Part shown: in pieces, positions 40,163-53,957 of the stretch | Numbering within the stretch: position 1 is the stretch's first letter | Layout: each line of letters begins with the position of its first letter | Assembly: GCA_964016885.1 (NCBI GenBank) | Contig: OZ024751.1 | Coordinates: 34,100,001-34,164,000, forward strand | Source of the DNA: Eledone cirrhosa | Lineage: Eukaryota | Length of the DNA stretch: 64,000 nt | Reading direction: 5' to 3' | Translations under genes and position numbers: made by a program | The notes under the pieces: generated by a model | The model's input: only the letters and a program-made list of their open reading frames with translations | Databases searched by the model: none | Told to the model about the DNA's origin: nothing

Positions 40163-40999
40163 TCGAGAAGCAAACCATCAAAATATCGAATCATTGTCAA
40201 TTTGGAGATCTTCTGTGAAAGCTTGCAAGAGAGAAGATTCCGCTGATGAGGACTGGGGAGAGACTCTGTTGCTAAGGACTGGGGAGAGAGGAACCAGTAT
40301 ATCTTAGAGGATGGTGAAACCAGTATATCTTCAGTCAAATTTGTTCCTGATATTTCAAACATCGATAGAATTACTATATTTTTTCTTTGATCCTTCCTGG
40401 TCAATTGAAAAACCAACAATCCAGATCGTTTTAATCAATTGAACCGTTCCTAAATCCCTGAAATGTTTGACTTTGCCAAATTTAGAAACCAATGTTATAA
40501 CTAATTCTTGTGAAATTAACTGTCAATCAAATTTTGGAATTAGCTGTCATGGTTTTAGTTGTTTTAGCAACTATAGCAACGAAAATGAGAACACGAGATG
40601 TCCGAATATATCAGTGGAGTAATGATATTCCTGCTTCTCAGAAATTTCAGACAAGAATTAGCTGTCAATCATTGCATGACATTGAATGTTTATCTAAATT
40701 GTTTGGATAGATTATCTTAATCTTTTGACATGGAAATATTTGGAAACATTTGATAAGGATCCGTTCACAAAAGTTCATCTTGTTTGAAATAATCCCATTT
40801 TGTGAGCCGAATAAAACCGTAAAGTAAATAAAGAAATGTGAATACATATCTGAGTGGTTAATAAGTTCAGTTGGCAACAACTTAGCAATCATGAAGTGAC
40901 GGGTTCGATCTCTCTGCCTGGCAACTTTGACAAGTCTTTGAGAAACATGATCCTCATTTCCTTGCACACAGGAAATGACTGGAATGGACCTCCATCGGG

Positions 41000-41185
41000 T
41001 TCGACGATGAGTATTTTAGTTGCTCAGTCAATGGGACAGTCTGTTCATGAAATAACGTGTACATGGTTGAGTATTCCACAGACAAATGTTCCCTTAACGT
41101 AATTCTCAGGGATATTTAACGTGACACAGTGTTACAAAGCAGGTCGTCTGTAATAAAGTATCTTGCTCAAGAACACAATGTGTCA
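41000..41185 (-). mobile_element. SINE family 2 body, diverged
   Basis: CCACAGAC..CCCTTAACGTAATTCTCAGGG..GTGACACAG..TCTTGCTCAAGAACACAA. A separate + strand tRNA-like head lies at ~40850-40945. Confidence 0.5.
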
Positions 41186-41416
41186 CCGTCATGTGACATC
41201 CTTCGTCACATCTCACCCTCAATATACACACATTCTCACTAACACCACCACTAATACCACAATACCCACCCCCAAAATCAAGCCATACCACCACCACCAC
41301 CCCTAACCAAATATTTGTTTTACTATTTTAAATTTTTATTTTCTCTTTCTTAAATAATTCAATTTTTCATTTAAATTCCCGTTTAATTTTATCACAGCTT
41401 TTATTTGCTATCTCAT

Positions 41417-41492
41417 TGTGTGTGTCATATGTATGCCTGTGTGTGTGCGTGATATGTATGCCTGTGTGTGTGGGGTGGTATGTATGCTTGTA

Positions 41493-41561
<69 letters not shown>

Positions 41562-41935
41562 CTGTGTGGGGGGGGGGGTATGTATGCATGTGTGTGGCGG
41601 GGTATGTATGCATGTGTGTGGGGGGTATGTATGCCTGTGTGTGTGATATGTATACCTGTATGTGTGTGTGGGGAATATGTATGCCTGTATCTGTGTGTGT
41701 GATATGTATACCTGTATCTGTGTGTGTGTAATATGTATACCTGTATCTGTGTGTGTGTGTGTGTAATATGTATACCTGTATCTGTGTGATATGTATACCT
41801 GTATGTGTGTGGGGGGGATATGTATACCCGTATGTGTTTCTACATGTGTGTGAGATATGTATACCTGTATGTGTGTGTATGTATGTGTACCCATATGTAT
41901 GTATAAATGTGTGCAAATGTATACCTGTATGTGTT
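41417..41935. repeat. TG-derived minisatellite (GTGATATGTATACCTGTATC..)
   Basis: Direct reading. Confidence 0.9.
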
Positions 41936-42845
41936 TCTATGTGTCTATGTATATGTTCAGCTGTATGTGTGACTATGTGTTAGTATATGTGGGTGTAACG
42001 TATAGACATGAATGTGCATGTATTTCGTATGTGAATAATGTGTGTATATGTGTACGGATGTATGCGTGTGCGGTCATATGTCTATGTGAACATGTGTAGG
42101 TGTATGTGTCTGTATAGGCGCTGTGTATGTGTCTGCATATGTGTGTGTATACGTCTCTATGTGTGGGCATGTATATGTGTGATGTGTATACGTTTGTATA
42201 TTTGTGTGTACGTCTGTGTGTGTGTGTGTATGTGTGTGTGTGTGTGTGGTGTAGTGTTATCGTTGTTCGCTGTTTTGGTTGTCATTCTATCTTTCGATGT
42301 TGTTATATCTGTTCTAGAAGTTTCACTGTTGTGTTTCTAGCTATTATTATGTTGTTATGTTGTTGTAACGCTAGTCGTGGTAATAATCGTGATCAGAGTT
42401 GTTAATATTTCTGTTTCTTTCTTCTTCTTGTTTTCTTGGTTTGCTTTATTTTTATCATGTTTTATTGTTGTGTGAGAGGTGAGAAATGGTGGGTGGTGGG
42501 GGTGACTGTTCATTTTTCTATTCTTTCCCTCACCAAACTCTCCATACACCTCATACAATTGGGACCTTTTTACGGCACATCCCCTTTTATCCCGTTTTCT
42601 TTATTTTTTTTTAACTTAAAAATAATCCCTCTTTTGTTTTCTCAATTACCGGCGTGTGTGTGTGTATCTGTGTAGGTGTATGTGTGTGTATTTATGCTAA
42701 TAAATATTTGTGTTTGCTGTTTTCCTTTGTATTTTTTTGTTTGTTTGTTTAAGAATGTCTGTATTAAGTGTTTTAAATGTTTGTGATCGTGTGTGTGTGT
42801 ATGCATGTGTGTATGTGTGTGTATGTTTGTGTGTGGGGGTGTATA

Positions 42846-42902
<57 letters not shown>

Positions 42903-43564
42903 GTATCTGTGTATGTGTCTGTCTGTATGTGTGTGTGTGTGTTGTACATTTGTATGTGTGCTAATTTTTTGCGCGTTTGTTTTCCTTTTCTTTTCGTGTT
43001 AAACGTTTTCGCACTTCGACATCAGATGAATGTGTTTTCCCCCGTGTATTGTTATGTATTGATGTGTATTGCTGTGTACAACAAACATGTATTCCCAACA
43101 CTGAACATATAAACGTGTACGGCTTCTTAATGTGTATATAGATGTGTGTTCCAGTCAGTGTAACGAAATATTTCTCTATATTTTATTATGTTTCTCTCAT
43201 AAATCTATGTGACTGTATGTGTGTCTCTGTTTATGTGTACGTCTGTGAGTGTTTGCATGTGCCTCAGTGTGTATGGGTGTGAGTCTTAGAGTGTGTGTAT
43301 GTATGCATGAATAAACGTCTGTAAGTGTGCGTCTGTGCGTTTGAGTGTGTATGTGTGTCTGCTATGATGCATGCATCTATGTGTATGGGTGTATGTATGC
43401 ACATGTCTATGTGCGTGTATATATGTCTTTGTATAGATATGTGCGCTTCTGTGTACCTCGGTGTATATATATTGTGTGTCTTGGTGTATAGCGATATGTA
43501 TGTGTGTATAGCGATGTGTATGTGTGTAACTCTTTGTTTATCTCTCTCTCTTTGTTATTGTTGT

Positions 43565-45077
43565 TCTAGTGGTAGTAGTAGTGTTGGTTGTGGTGTTGGT
43601 GGTGGTGGTGGTGGTGTTAGTAGTGGTGGTGGTGGTGGTGGTGGTATTAGTGGTGGTGGTGGTGGTAGTAGTAGTGTTGGTGGTGGTGTTAGTGGTGGTG
43701 ATGGTGGTGGTGGTAGTAGTAGTGTTGGTGGTGGTGTTAATGGTGGTGATGGTGGAGGTGGTAGTAGTAGTGTTGGTGGTGGTATTAGTGGTAGTAGTAG
43801 TGGTGGTGATGGTGGAGGTGGTAGTAGTAGTGGTGGCGGTGGTGTTAGTGGTGGTGGTGGAAGTGGTAGTAGTAGTGGTGGTGGTGGTGGTGTTAGTGGT
43901 GGTGGTGGAGGTGTTAGTGGTGGTGGTGGAGGTGGTAGTATTAGTGGTGGTGGAGGTGGTAGTAGTAGTGTTGGTGGTGGTGTTAGTGATGGTGGTTGTG
44001 GTGGAGGTGGAAGTAGTAGTGGTGGTGATGGTGGTGGTGTTAATGGTGGTGGTGGTGATGGTGGAGGTGGTAGTAGTAGTGGTGGTGATGGTGAAGGTGG
44101 TAGTAGTAGTGGTGGTGGTGTTAGTGGTGGAGGTGGTAGTAGTAGTGGTGGTGGTGGTGTTGGTGGTGGAGGTGGTAGTAGTAGTGGTGGTGATGGTGTT
44201 AGTGGTGGTGGAAGTAGTAGTGTTGGTGGTGGTGTTAGTGGTGGTGGTGGTAGTAGTGTTGGTGGTGGTGTTAGTGCTGGTGGTGGTGGAGGTGGTAGTA
44301 GTAGTGTTGGTGGTGGTGTTAGTGATGGTGGTTGTGGTGGAGGTGGAAGTAGTAGTGGTGGTGATGGTGGAGGTGGTAGTAGTAGTGGTGGTGGTGGTGG
44401 TGGTGTTAATGGTGGTGGTGGTGATGGTGGAGGTGGTAGTAGTAGTGGTGGTGATGGTGAAGGTGGTAGTAGTAGTGGTGGTGGTGTTAGTGGTGGAGGT
44501 GGTAGTAGTAGTGGTGGTGGTGGTGTTGGTGGTGGAGGTGGTAGTAGTAGTGGTGGTGATGGTGTTAGTGGTGGTGGAAGTAGTAGTGTTGGTGGTGGTG
44601 TTAGTGCTGGTGGTGGTGGAGGTGGTAGTAGTAGTGTTGGTGGTGGTGTTAGTGGTGGTGGTGGTGCTGGTGGAGGTGGTAGTAGTAGTGTTGGTGGTGG
44701 TGTTAGTGCTGGTGGTGGGGGAGGTGGTAGTAGTGTTGGTGGTGGTGGAGGTGGTAGTAGTAGTGTTGGTGGTGGTATTAGTGGTAGTAGTGGTGGTAGT
44801 GATGGTGGAGGTGGTAGTGGTAGTGTTGGTGGTGGTATTAGTGGTGGTGGTGGTGGTGGTAGAGGTGGAAGTATTAGTGGTGGTGATGGTGGTGGTAGTA
44901 GTAGTAGTGTTGGTGGTGGTATTAGTGGTGGTGGAGGTGGTAGTAGTAGTGTTGGTGGTGGTGTTAGTGGTGGTGGTGGTGGTGGTGGTGGTAGTAGTAG
45001 TGTTGGTGGTGGTATTAGTGGTGGTGATGGTGGAGGTGGTAGTAGTAGTGGTGGTGGTAGTAGTAGTGTTGGTGGTA
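43565..45077. repeat. 1.5-kb compound (GGT)/(AGT) trinucleotide array with higher-order duplication
   Basis: GGT/AGT/GTT triplets throughout; the block starting GTTAGTGATGGTGGTTGTGG occurs at ~43982 and ~44318. Confidence 0.95.
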
Positions 45078-45156
45078 TTCTGTTATGCTAGCCTTTTAAA
45101 TGTTTTAAATGATTAACTTTTATGTAGGATTAAATGTAAGAGTATCTAATGAAAGT

Positions 45157-45238
45157 AATAACTGTAAATACAGTCGGTTACTATAAATAATATTTTCTAA
45201 GCTATCACTTATAGCGATCGACTGTATTTACAGTTATT
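45157..45238. repeat. 30-bp inverted repeat with 22-nt spacer
   Basis: AATAACTGTAAATACAGTCGGTTACTATAA versus TTATAGCGATCGACTGTATTTACAGTTATT; 3 transitions. Confidence 0.8.
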
Positions 45239-46407
45239 TACAGTTATTTTCTATGAACTTCATAAGTTCGAAAGTTCGATGTTTTACATACAATGTTGTT
45301 TAAAAGCTGTGTTAATTCAGCTAATTTGGAATTTTAATTCAATGTTTAGAGATAGTAACAGAGTTGTGAAGTTCGATTCTTCGTAGCGACCGCTGACCAC
45401 TTTTTTCCGACTATAGGGCTATACGAGGAGGTTTACTGAATATTCTGGTGTAAATTGTAAATCAGATGAGAAAAATTACTCAGCGTCAGCAGTAACATAA
45501 ATTGGTTAATGTACTATGTACTGAAAGTATTATTAACCGATATCGTTTAGTTATTGTTGTTGTTGTTGTAGTTGTTGCCGAATTTACAAATATGCTAGCT
45601 CTTAATTTTCGCTTTCTGACTTTTCATTTCATATTATATCACACACAGATACACACATACACGTGTATATAATATATATATATATGATTTACAATTTGTA
45701 AAACGATGTCACCTATTAAGAAACGGTTTGGCTTTACGTCAAGTGCGATAGTTTGAAACATCTGTTTATAAGATAAATGTGTTGTATATGTATTGTACAC
45801 TGCAGCCTAAATATAGAAAATAAAATACCGAGTTTCCAGAGCGTTCTAAGGAAATTATGTTTTACTTGGGACCAGATCTCAGGTAACACATAAAGGGTAT
45901 TGTGATAATAAAAGAAAGCTTTTAATATTTGCTGCTGAATTAGAGAAAACCGTCAGATATTAAAGGATGACTACCGGTTAATAACACATAATGTCTAATG
46001 TGGTTTCATTTGGAGCAGGACGTTAAGAGTTAAATCAGCGCTCAAATGCAGAAACATTCAATTGTTCTTCCGTTGAAACGTTCAGATTTTCGATCAACGG
46101 TGGCATTCCACAGTTTTATGAACGTCACTATAGTGAAGAACGTCAGCTCAGTATGAATGAATTATAAATGAATTAATAAACAAGTATTAGACTATATAAA
46201 TCGATTTCCAGAACAGATTCTTATTGAACATGATCTGAATAAACAAAATATGAAATTCATTTCAGTAAATTACAGCGGACAATTTTTTTTTTTTTTTCAC
46301 GAATGATGTACAGACAGACTATTTGATAGAAATAGATTAACACATACATACCAACATACATACGTACACAGGGGAAGACAAACTATATACACACACACGT
46401 GTGTGTG

Positions 46408-46510
46408 TAATTGCTTCTACTTTCGGCACAAGGCCAGCAATTATCCCAGTGCATTACTGGTGCTTTATTTTATCGGTCCCGTAAGGATGAAAGGCAAAGT
46501 TTACCTCGCG
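46408..46510 (-). mobile_element. SINE family 1, 5'-truncated
   Basis: GGCACAAGGCCAGCAATT...AAGGATGAAAGGCAAAGTT on the + strand. Confidence 0.8.
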
Positions 46511-47162
46511 AGATAGAGATATAATGTGGAATACAGAGTGATATGTATTTATTGAAAATTAACCTAGAATTAGAAGTTTCAGCTCACGTATTTTGGGGAG
46601 AAATAGTCCAACAAATTGGACAAAGAGAAATAGTCCAACAAATTGGACAAAGTCCCTGGAGGATGTCAACTTTTTTCCATATAAGGGCTTTTATTCCCAA
46701 CTTTTTATACAATTTTTCATACTCGAAAAGCTACACGAGTTAAAGCTTTTAACACTAAAGTAATTTTCATACCTTCTCAAGGTTTCTAAATATCGATCAT
46801 AGAGAGGTATATATACAGAAACATCTTAAACAAAAATACAGAATGACCAAGGGGTAGAGTACGGTAAAGTAATATAAAATAATAAAAACTTAAACACCAT
46901 CTTACCCTGGGGGCAGAGTATTCGTTAAGCAACCTAAATCTTGAGGGCTCAATAAACATTCTCATTGCCACAGTTTCGGGAGTAAAAGAAGAGAACTAAT
47001 CATCTAAATATATTAAGGTGTTTCATTTATTAAGATGTTAAATATATTGATGACAAATTTTACTTATTTAAAGTGTAGCAAATATGATATATGAATTCAA
47101 CAATTTATGTTGGCTGCTATCTAACTGCCCGTTAATATTTTTCTTTCATAGCGAGGCTACCA

Positions 47163-47336
47163 ATATGTTTCTTGTGTATATATAGTGTTTGTTATATGCA
47201 CCCCTATTATTGTGTTAGTGCCAATACACACACACATTATATATATATATATACATAATGTGTGTGTGTGTATTGGCACTAACACAATAATAGGGGTGCA
47301 TATAAAAAAAACACTATATATACACAAGAAACATAT
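47163..47336. repeat. Palindrome with ~80-bp arms centred on a (TA)n tract
   Basis: 47163-47240 is the reverse complement of 47255-47336 with few differences. Confidence 0.9.
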
Positions 47337-48384
47337 ATAGCCTGAGAGATCGACAGACATAGTGAGAGTGAAAGAAAGACATAAATAGAAAGAGAGAGAC
47401 TGACATAGAAGCAGAGTACAATAGTATATGAGAGAGAATATAAACGACTGTGTGTAATTGAGAGAGAGAATGGATATGTGAATGTATGCGTCTGAGTACG
47501 TGTGTGTGTGCGTGTGTGTGTGTGTATGTGTATGTGTACGTGTGTGTGTGTTTGTGAGTTACTGAATGATGTTTGTAAAACCACCTTAGTTTATCGTTCT
47601 TTGGAATACTAACAACATGGGTGTGTATGTGCAATATGTGTGTGAGTAGGTGTATGAGAGAGTATATGTGTGTGTGAGTAAGTTTGTGAGAGAGTAGGTG
47701 TATGTGTGAGAGAGTATATGTGTGAGTAGGTGTATGTGTGAGAGAGTATATGTGTGAGTAGGTAGGTGTATCTGTGAGAGAGTATATGTCAGTTACTGAA
47801 TGATATGTTTGTAAAGCCATCTTAGTTTATCGTACTATGAAATACTAAGGACATGTGTGTGTGTGTTAGATGCGTGTGTCTGTCTGTTAGATGTGTGTGT
47901 GTATCTGTTAGATGTCTGTGTGTGTGTATCTGTTAGATATCTGTCTGTGTAATATGTCTATGTGAGTAAGTGTATGTGTGTGTGTGCGTAATATGTCTGT
48001 GTGAGTGTGTGCGTGTGTTATACGTCTGCGCGTGTGTCTATGTGTGTTAGTAGGTGTTTGTGTGTGTGAAAGTATGTTAGTTATCGTACTATGAAATACT
48101 AACGACGTGATGGCTGACGTAACTGAAGCGATAAAAAGCCTCGCTTTGATGCTGGAAATTTCACTCTTAAAGTTTTTATTCCTTCTACACATTTCTCTAT
48201 CACTTCATTGTTGTATATTATATACGTTCACTGATGGATACTTGTATGTATATATACATATATATAGATGTGTGCATACACACAGATATAGTCGCGCGCA
48301 CACATATATATATCCATGTTATAATAGAATATATATATATATATATACATACATACACACACTCATATATATACATATATATAT

Positions 48385-48429
<45 letters not shown>

Positions 48430-48740
48430 TATACACACACACATATATATACATATATATATACACACACGCATATATATATATATCTATATTTGTTTTA
48501 TTTTCCACCATTTTTTCCTTGTTACTATCACAGTTTTGTGGTAACGCTCACGTTGTTGCTTTTGTTGTTGATTTTTAAGTAATTTTGACTGTTGTTGTTG
48601 TTGTGCTTCCAATCTTCTTTTGATCCTAACTTGTTCCATTTCACTGACCTGATATCATGTATGTCTTTATATGTCTGGCTAACTATATATGTATATACAT
48701 GTTTCTATGTGTTATATATATGTATATACATGTTTATATG

Positions 48741-48821
<81 letters not shown>

Positions 48822-48945
48822 CATGTTTATATGTTATATATATATGTATATACATGTTTATATGCGTTATATATCTATATATATGTATATACATGTTTAT
48901 ATGTGTTATATATATATATATACGTATATACATGTTTATATGTGT

Positions 48946-48981
<36 letters not shown>

Positions 48982-49212
48982 TATATATATATATATACAT
49001 TTATGCGCATATATAGTGTACATGTGGGCACAGACATATATACATACATATATGTCTATATATACACACATACATGTCTATATATACATAATCACGTGTA
49101 TATATACATATACATATATCTACATATACATAATTACGTGTATATATATGTGTGTGTGTGTGTTTATATATTTGTCATTAAAATTGTATATGTATGCTAA
49201 TATATCTATATA

Positions 49213-49265
<53 letters not shown>

Positions 49266-49399
49266 TGACGTCAGACTGACCACCGTACATGCAAACAAGC
49301 ATGCATGTACACATACATGCTTACATTTATACATACATACATGATGGCTGCATCTCGATTTCAAGAATTTCTATAAGTTGATCCTTTTTTCACAGCTGG

Positions 49400-49900
49400 G
49401 TGGCATGACCATGACTTTTTAGTCCTGCGAAAGACTTACATTCCTTTCTGTTACTCTTACTTTGGTTTCCTGTTTTATTTTGGTGATCCTTCTAATGACA
49501 TCGGATTCCCTGGCCGGGTCATGTTGTTTTCCATATTTCTGACAGCAGGAAATGCCAAAGGAACCATAATCGATAGCAGCATTTCGTATATGGCTTCTCT
49601 GGTGACTTCTAAGACCAGCTTTACTGAGGCAAACCAGTTATCTTCTCTGATTTTATCAAAGGACATTTGATGTAGTCTTTATATCAAAATAACTTTGTTC
49701 TAGCACTTCCACATCATATGTGTTTGCCAATAACGAGTATTTGGCAAAGACACAGTTGGTGTAAATGTTCTACCATTTTCTTACCCTCATGCTTGGGAAC
49801 CTCAGCATTAATACCATCCAGATCAAGAGATGTATTGCTCAGAGGAACTTTAAGGAACGACAATGTCTTAAAATATATAAACGTCTGAAAACGCAAAATA
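49400..49900 (-). mobile_element. Old, internally deleted RTE-like LINE relic
   Basis: LDGINAEVPKHEGKKMVEHLHQLC (RT N-terminal PG.DGI.AE..K.GG motif) joined to QIL..G...F*YKDYIK and EDNW, which resemble the RTE C-terminus. Confidence 0.5.
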
Positions 49901-49961
49901 CACAATCCACAACGGGGAGCAAAAAATATCATGTGACATTGAAATGCCTGTTACACAATAC

Positions 49962-50210
49962 ACTACTAACACCATAAATGTGTACTATAACTATTAGAGT
50001 ATTTAGTAAGATAAGTCTATACTATGTATTACACCATATGCTACTAACACCATAACCATGTACTATAACTATTAGAGTATTTACTAAGACAAGTCTATAT
50101 TATCTATTGAACCATAGCCATGTACTATAACTATTAGAGTATTATCTATTGAACCTTAGCCATGTACTATAACTATTAGAGTATTTAGTGAAACATGTCT
50201 GTACTATCTG
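49962..50210. repeat. Four-copy tandem repeat with core TGTACTATAACTATTAGAGTATT
   Basis: Core at ~49981, 50059, 50121 and 50163. Confidence 0.9.
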
Positions 50211-51989
50211 ATGTTTAGTAAGAGAATATCGAGTCAAATTGATTTTGTGTATTAGTATTTGTATCTTTCGATATGAAAAGCTTTATTGGTTACAGATAAG
50301 AAGCTGTTCAAAGAAACGCTACATGCCTTTGTGGCTGTGGTGTTTAACCCTGGGTCAGCTCTGAGTTAGCACAACTGTAAAATCAAAAGCATTCCAACTA
50401 TTATCATCGATTGTTTTCTTTTCTTTTTTGAGAAGAGGTGGAGCGTGAAGCACTACAATAACCAATATGTCTACCGTTTATAACGGTGGTCGGCTGGGTT
50501 GGTGTGATTTTAAAGACATTTGCCTGTTATCTCTTGCAAGTCGAGTGATTACATAATAACGCTTGAAATATGCGTGGGGGGGGGGGACTGTAAGTGTATG
50601 TATATGTCTGTGTATGTGTCTGTGTATGTGTGTATATGTTTGTGTATATGTCTGTGTATGTGTGTATGTATGTGTGCTTGTGTCTGTGTATGTGTGTATA
50701 TGTCTGTGTATATGTCTGTATGTGTGTATGTATGTGTCTGTCTGTGTGTATATGTCTGTATGTGTGTATGTCTGTGTATATGTCTGTATATGTGTATGGG
50801 TGTATGTGTCTGTATGTGTCTGTATTTGTATGTGTGTATGTGTATGTGTCTGTGTGGCAATAGTGTTTATGTGTGGTAATGTGTATATAGCTAAGTTGTA
50901 AATCATGGAATCTCGCGTACGATCTCATTGCCTATAAAATTCTAAAGAGTTTGTCTCCCTTTACAAAACAACACACACACACAACACAACTTACTCTCAA
51001 TACTCAACACACTAACACATACATCAAACACACATACATCTGGCATGCTTACATTCATACACCAAATATAGAAACACGGTAACACCTCACACACTAATAC
51101 AGAAGTTCACACACACACATACAGAGAATACCCGACACACGCACACAACACAAACACACTTACACAGAACACCTGACACACATACACACAAAAATACAGA
51201 TACACATATACACACACATACACACAACTTAGAAACACACACAGAACAGCCGACACACATACATATACACGTATGCACACATCCACACAACAGAAAAACA
51301 CACAAACACAATATTTAGACGAATTATATAATCTGTTGTGAAAATATTTAATTTGTAACGTGAGAAAGATATTTTAATCTGTTTGGTGGTCAGTCTGACG
51401 TCACCATATCTTGCAAAAGGTTCTGATGTGATGGGAGAGCACATGTTTGGATTAACTAAAACATGTCTGTTGAAATTAGGACAATGATATTAAAGGAGAC
51501 GTGTCTGTCGTGGAATCAAACACTTTCACTCTGACGTACAATTAAGATGTCAGCTTTTAGTGAGGAAATCAAAATATAGACAATATGGGCGGCGAGGGAG
51601 GAGGAGAAAGAGAGTGTGTGTGCTAGAGGGGGGAAAAGAAGGGAGACATAGAGGGGGGAAAAGAAGGGAGAGATAGACGGGGGGAAAGAATGGAGAGATA
51701 GACGGGGGAAAAGAATGGAGAGATAGAGGGAGAAAGAGGGGGAGAATAGAAGATGAGATGAGTAAGACAGAAAAGGATAGAAGGAGTGAGAAATAGAAAG
51801 ATAAGAAGGGGGAGAAAGAGATGGTTAGAGACAGAAGAAGGGAGGAAGCTATAGAGAGAGAGGGGTGAGAGAAAATCAAGTGAGATTGAGGAATCGAGTT
51901 AAAGAGAGCAAAGGATACAGAGTGAGAGAGTGACAAAACATATTTAAAAGACAAAAGAAAGAAGGAAAAGTAGATAGATAGATAGATAA

Positions 51990-52054
<65 letters not shown>

Positions 52055-52282
52055 TAGATAGAAATAGAGTGTATGTTCGCTGACAATATAAATAAGATAT
52101 TTAATAGGAGGTAAAGTCAACTCAGGTGAGTGAGAAAATTAAAAAGATGAAAGGCAGAGAAAGACAGGTGATAGAATTATCTCGTTTTTAAATAAACGGT
52201 GATTGATATTTACCTTTAGATTAAGGATTCAGGATTTTTTGTTTTATTGAAGGGTTTTTTGTTGTTATTTTTTGTGTGTTAG

Positions 52283-52825
52283 GGTTGAGAATTGGCAGAG
52301 TCGTTAGAGCGCCGGACGAAATGTTTCGTAGTATTTAGTTACAGCTTTTTAACTTGTGGGTTCAAATCTTGCTGAAGTCTATTTCATCTTACATCGTTCC
52401 GGGATCAATACAACAACGTACCAGATAACAACTGGTGTCTATCCTCCCTCAAACATCTAGCTTGGGGCCTAAATTACTTTTTATTTGTTATTTTTAAGCT
52501 AACAAGTTAAACAAATATTTATATAATAAATTATAAATAATCTTATATATAACTCAAAGACACTCTATAAGTGACAGGGATACAAAACGAAATTTCATTG
52601 TCAGCAATAATGGCTTCTACTTTCGGCACAAAACCAGTAATTTGGGGGGCGGAGGGGAAATTGATTAAATTAACCCTAGTACTTTACTGTTACTTTATAG
52701 ACTCCGAAAAAATGAAAAAGAAAGTTAACCTCGGTGGGATTTGAGCTCAGAGTACAGAGTATCGGAATGAATACTGTAAAGCATTCTATCCGACACATTG
52801 ACGCTTCTATCAAACCACCGCCATA
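52283..52825. mobile_element. Two SINE family 1 copies, tail-to-tail (52283-52475 +, 52605-52825 -)
   Basis: Head TTGGCAGAGTCGTTAGAGC..GGTTCAAATC on +; AAAGTTAACCTCGGTGGGATTTGAGCTCAGA marks the minus copy. Confidence 0.7.
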
Positions 52826-53824
52826 AAATAATGAAAACTCCACTAATAATGACTTGATCTTTCGTGGAGCTGTAGGCCAAAATCACTGGTACAATCACAC
52901 TGAAGATAGAGTAGGGTTTGAACTTAGGAAACCAGGAGAGATGGAGATGGAAATGAAATTTTAGTTTAAATCAAATTGATATAAAAAACAACTAATCAAA
53001 TAAAAAGGGAGATAATTAGTGTTAACTGTGACGACAGGAGTTTATAGGCAATATGTATGATGGTTATATAAATGAAGCGAGGTTGATGCAAGATGATTAA
53101 AGTATAATTACAGAAATTTTAAAATGTGTACATTACTATTAAGGAAATACACATAAAATATATCATATATATATATATAAATAAAAACCCTAATTTCATA
53201 TACTATGTGTGTGTGTGTATGTCCTTATGTGTATATGTGGGGGTGCCTGTGTATGAGGTTGTGTGTGTGTTTATGTGAGAGTGTGCAGCATTTCTTCGAG
53301 TCTTCAGCAACATTTCAGTAAGAATTGATATATATCGTTTTAACAATTTATAACACCCAACTTGTTCAAATCTCTTATCTTCCTTCTAATATATCTTATT
53401 CGCTGTCAAATATACGCATTATACACATTTATACACACTCTAAACATTATATGTATTATATACCCATCTTACCTGGAAAAATATGTTTCATATTTATTTA
53501 TAATTGAAATACGTTTTCTTTTTTAAATATTTCCTTAATTTCAACATTTTATAATTGCTTTAATCATCTCCCAGGCATTAATCCTGCAACTTTTATATTG
53601 TAAGAACTAATTACTTTCACAATATTGTGTTTTAAATGATAGTGTTCATACATATTAATCTTCTATGAACTACTATGGTTATTACCTCCCTTGTCTTTAG
53701 TTGTTTTCTATATTAATTCACTTTATGCTAAAATCTAAATTCTAACTGGGGTTCTTTACACACTTCATGTTTTCTGTCTCTGTCTCTTTCATTCTCTCTC
53801 ACTCTCTCTCACCCACTCACTCTC

Positions 53825-53957
<133 letters not shown>

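Noticed and set aside
43325-45116. 588-aa Gly/Ser and 515-aa poly-Val ORFs
   Set aside because: GGT-type arrays lack stops in two frames; the ORF starts lie in TG-repeat or array sequence and there is no signal peptide or unique domain.
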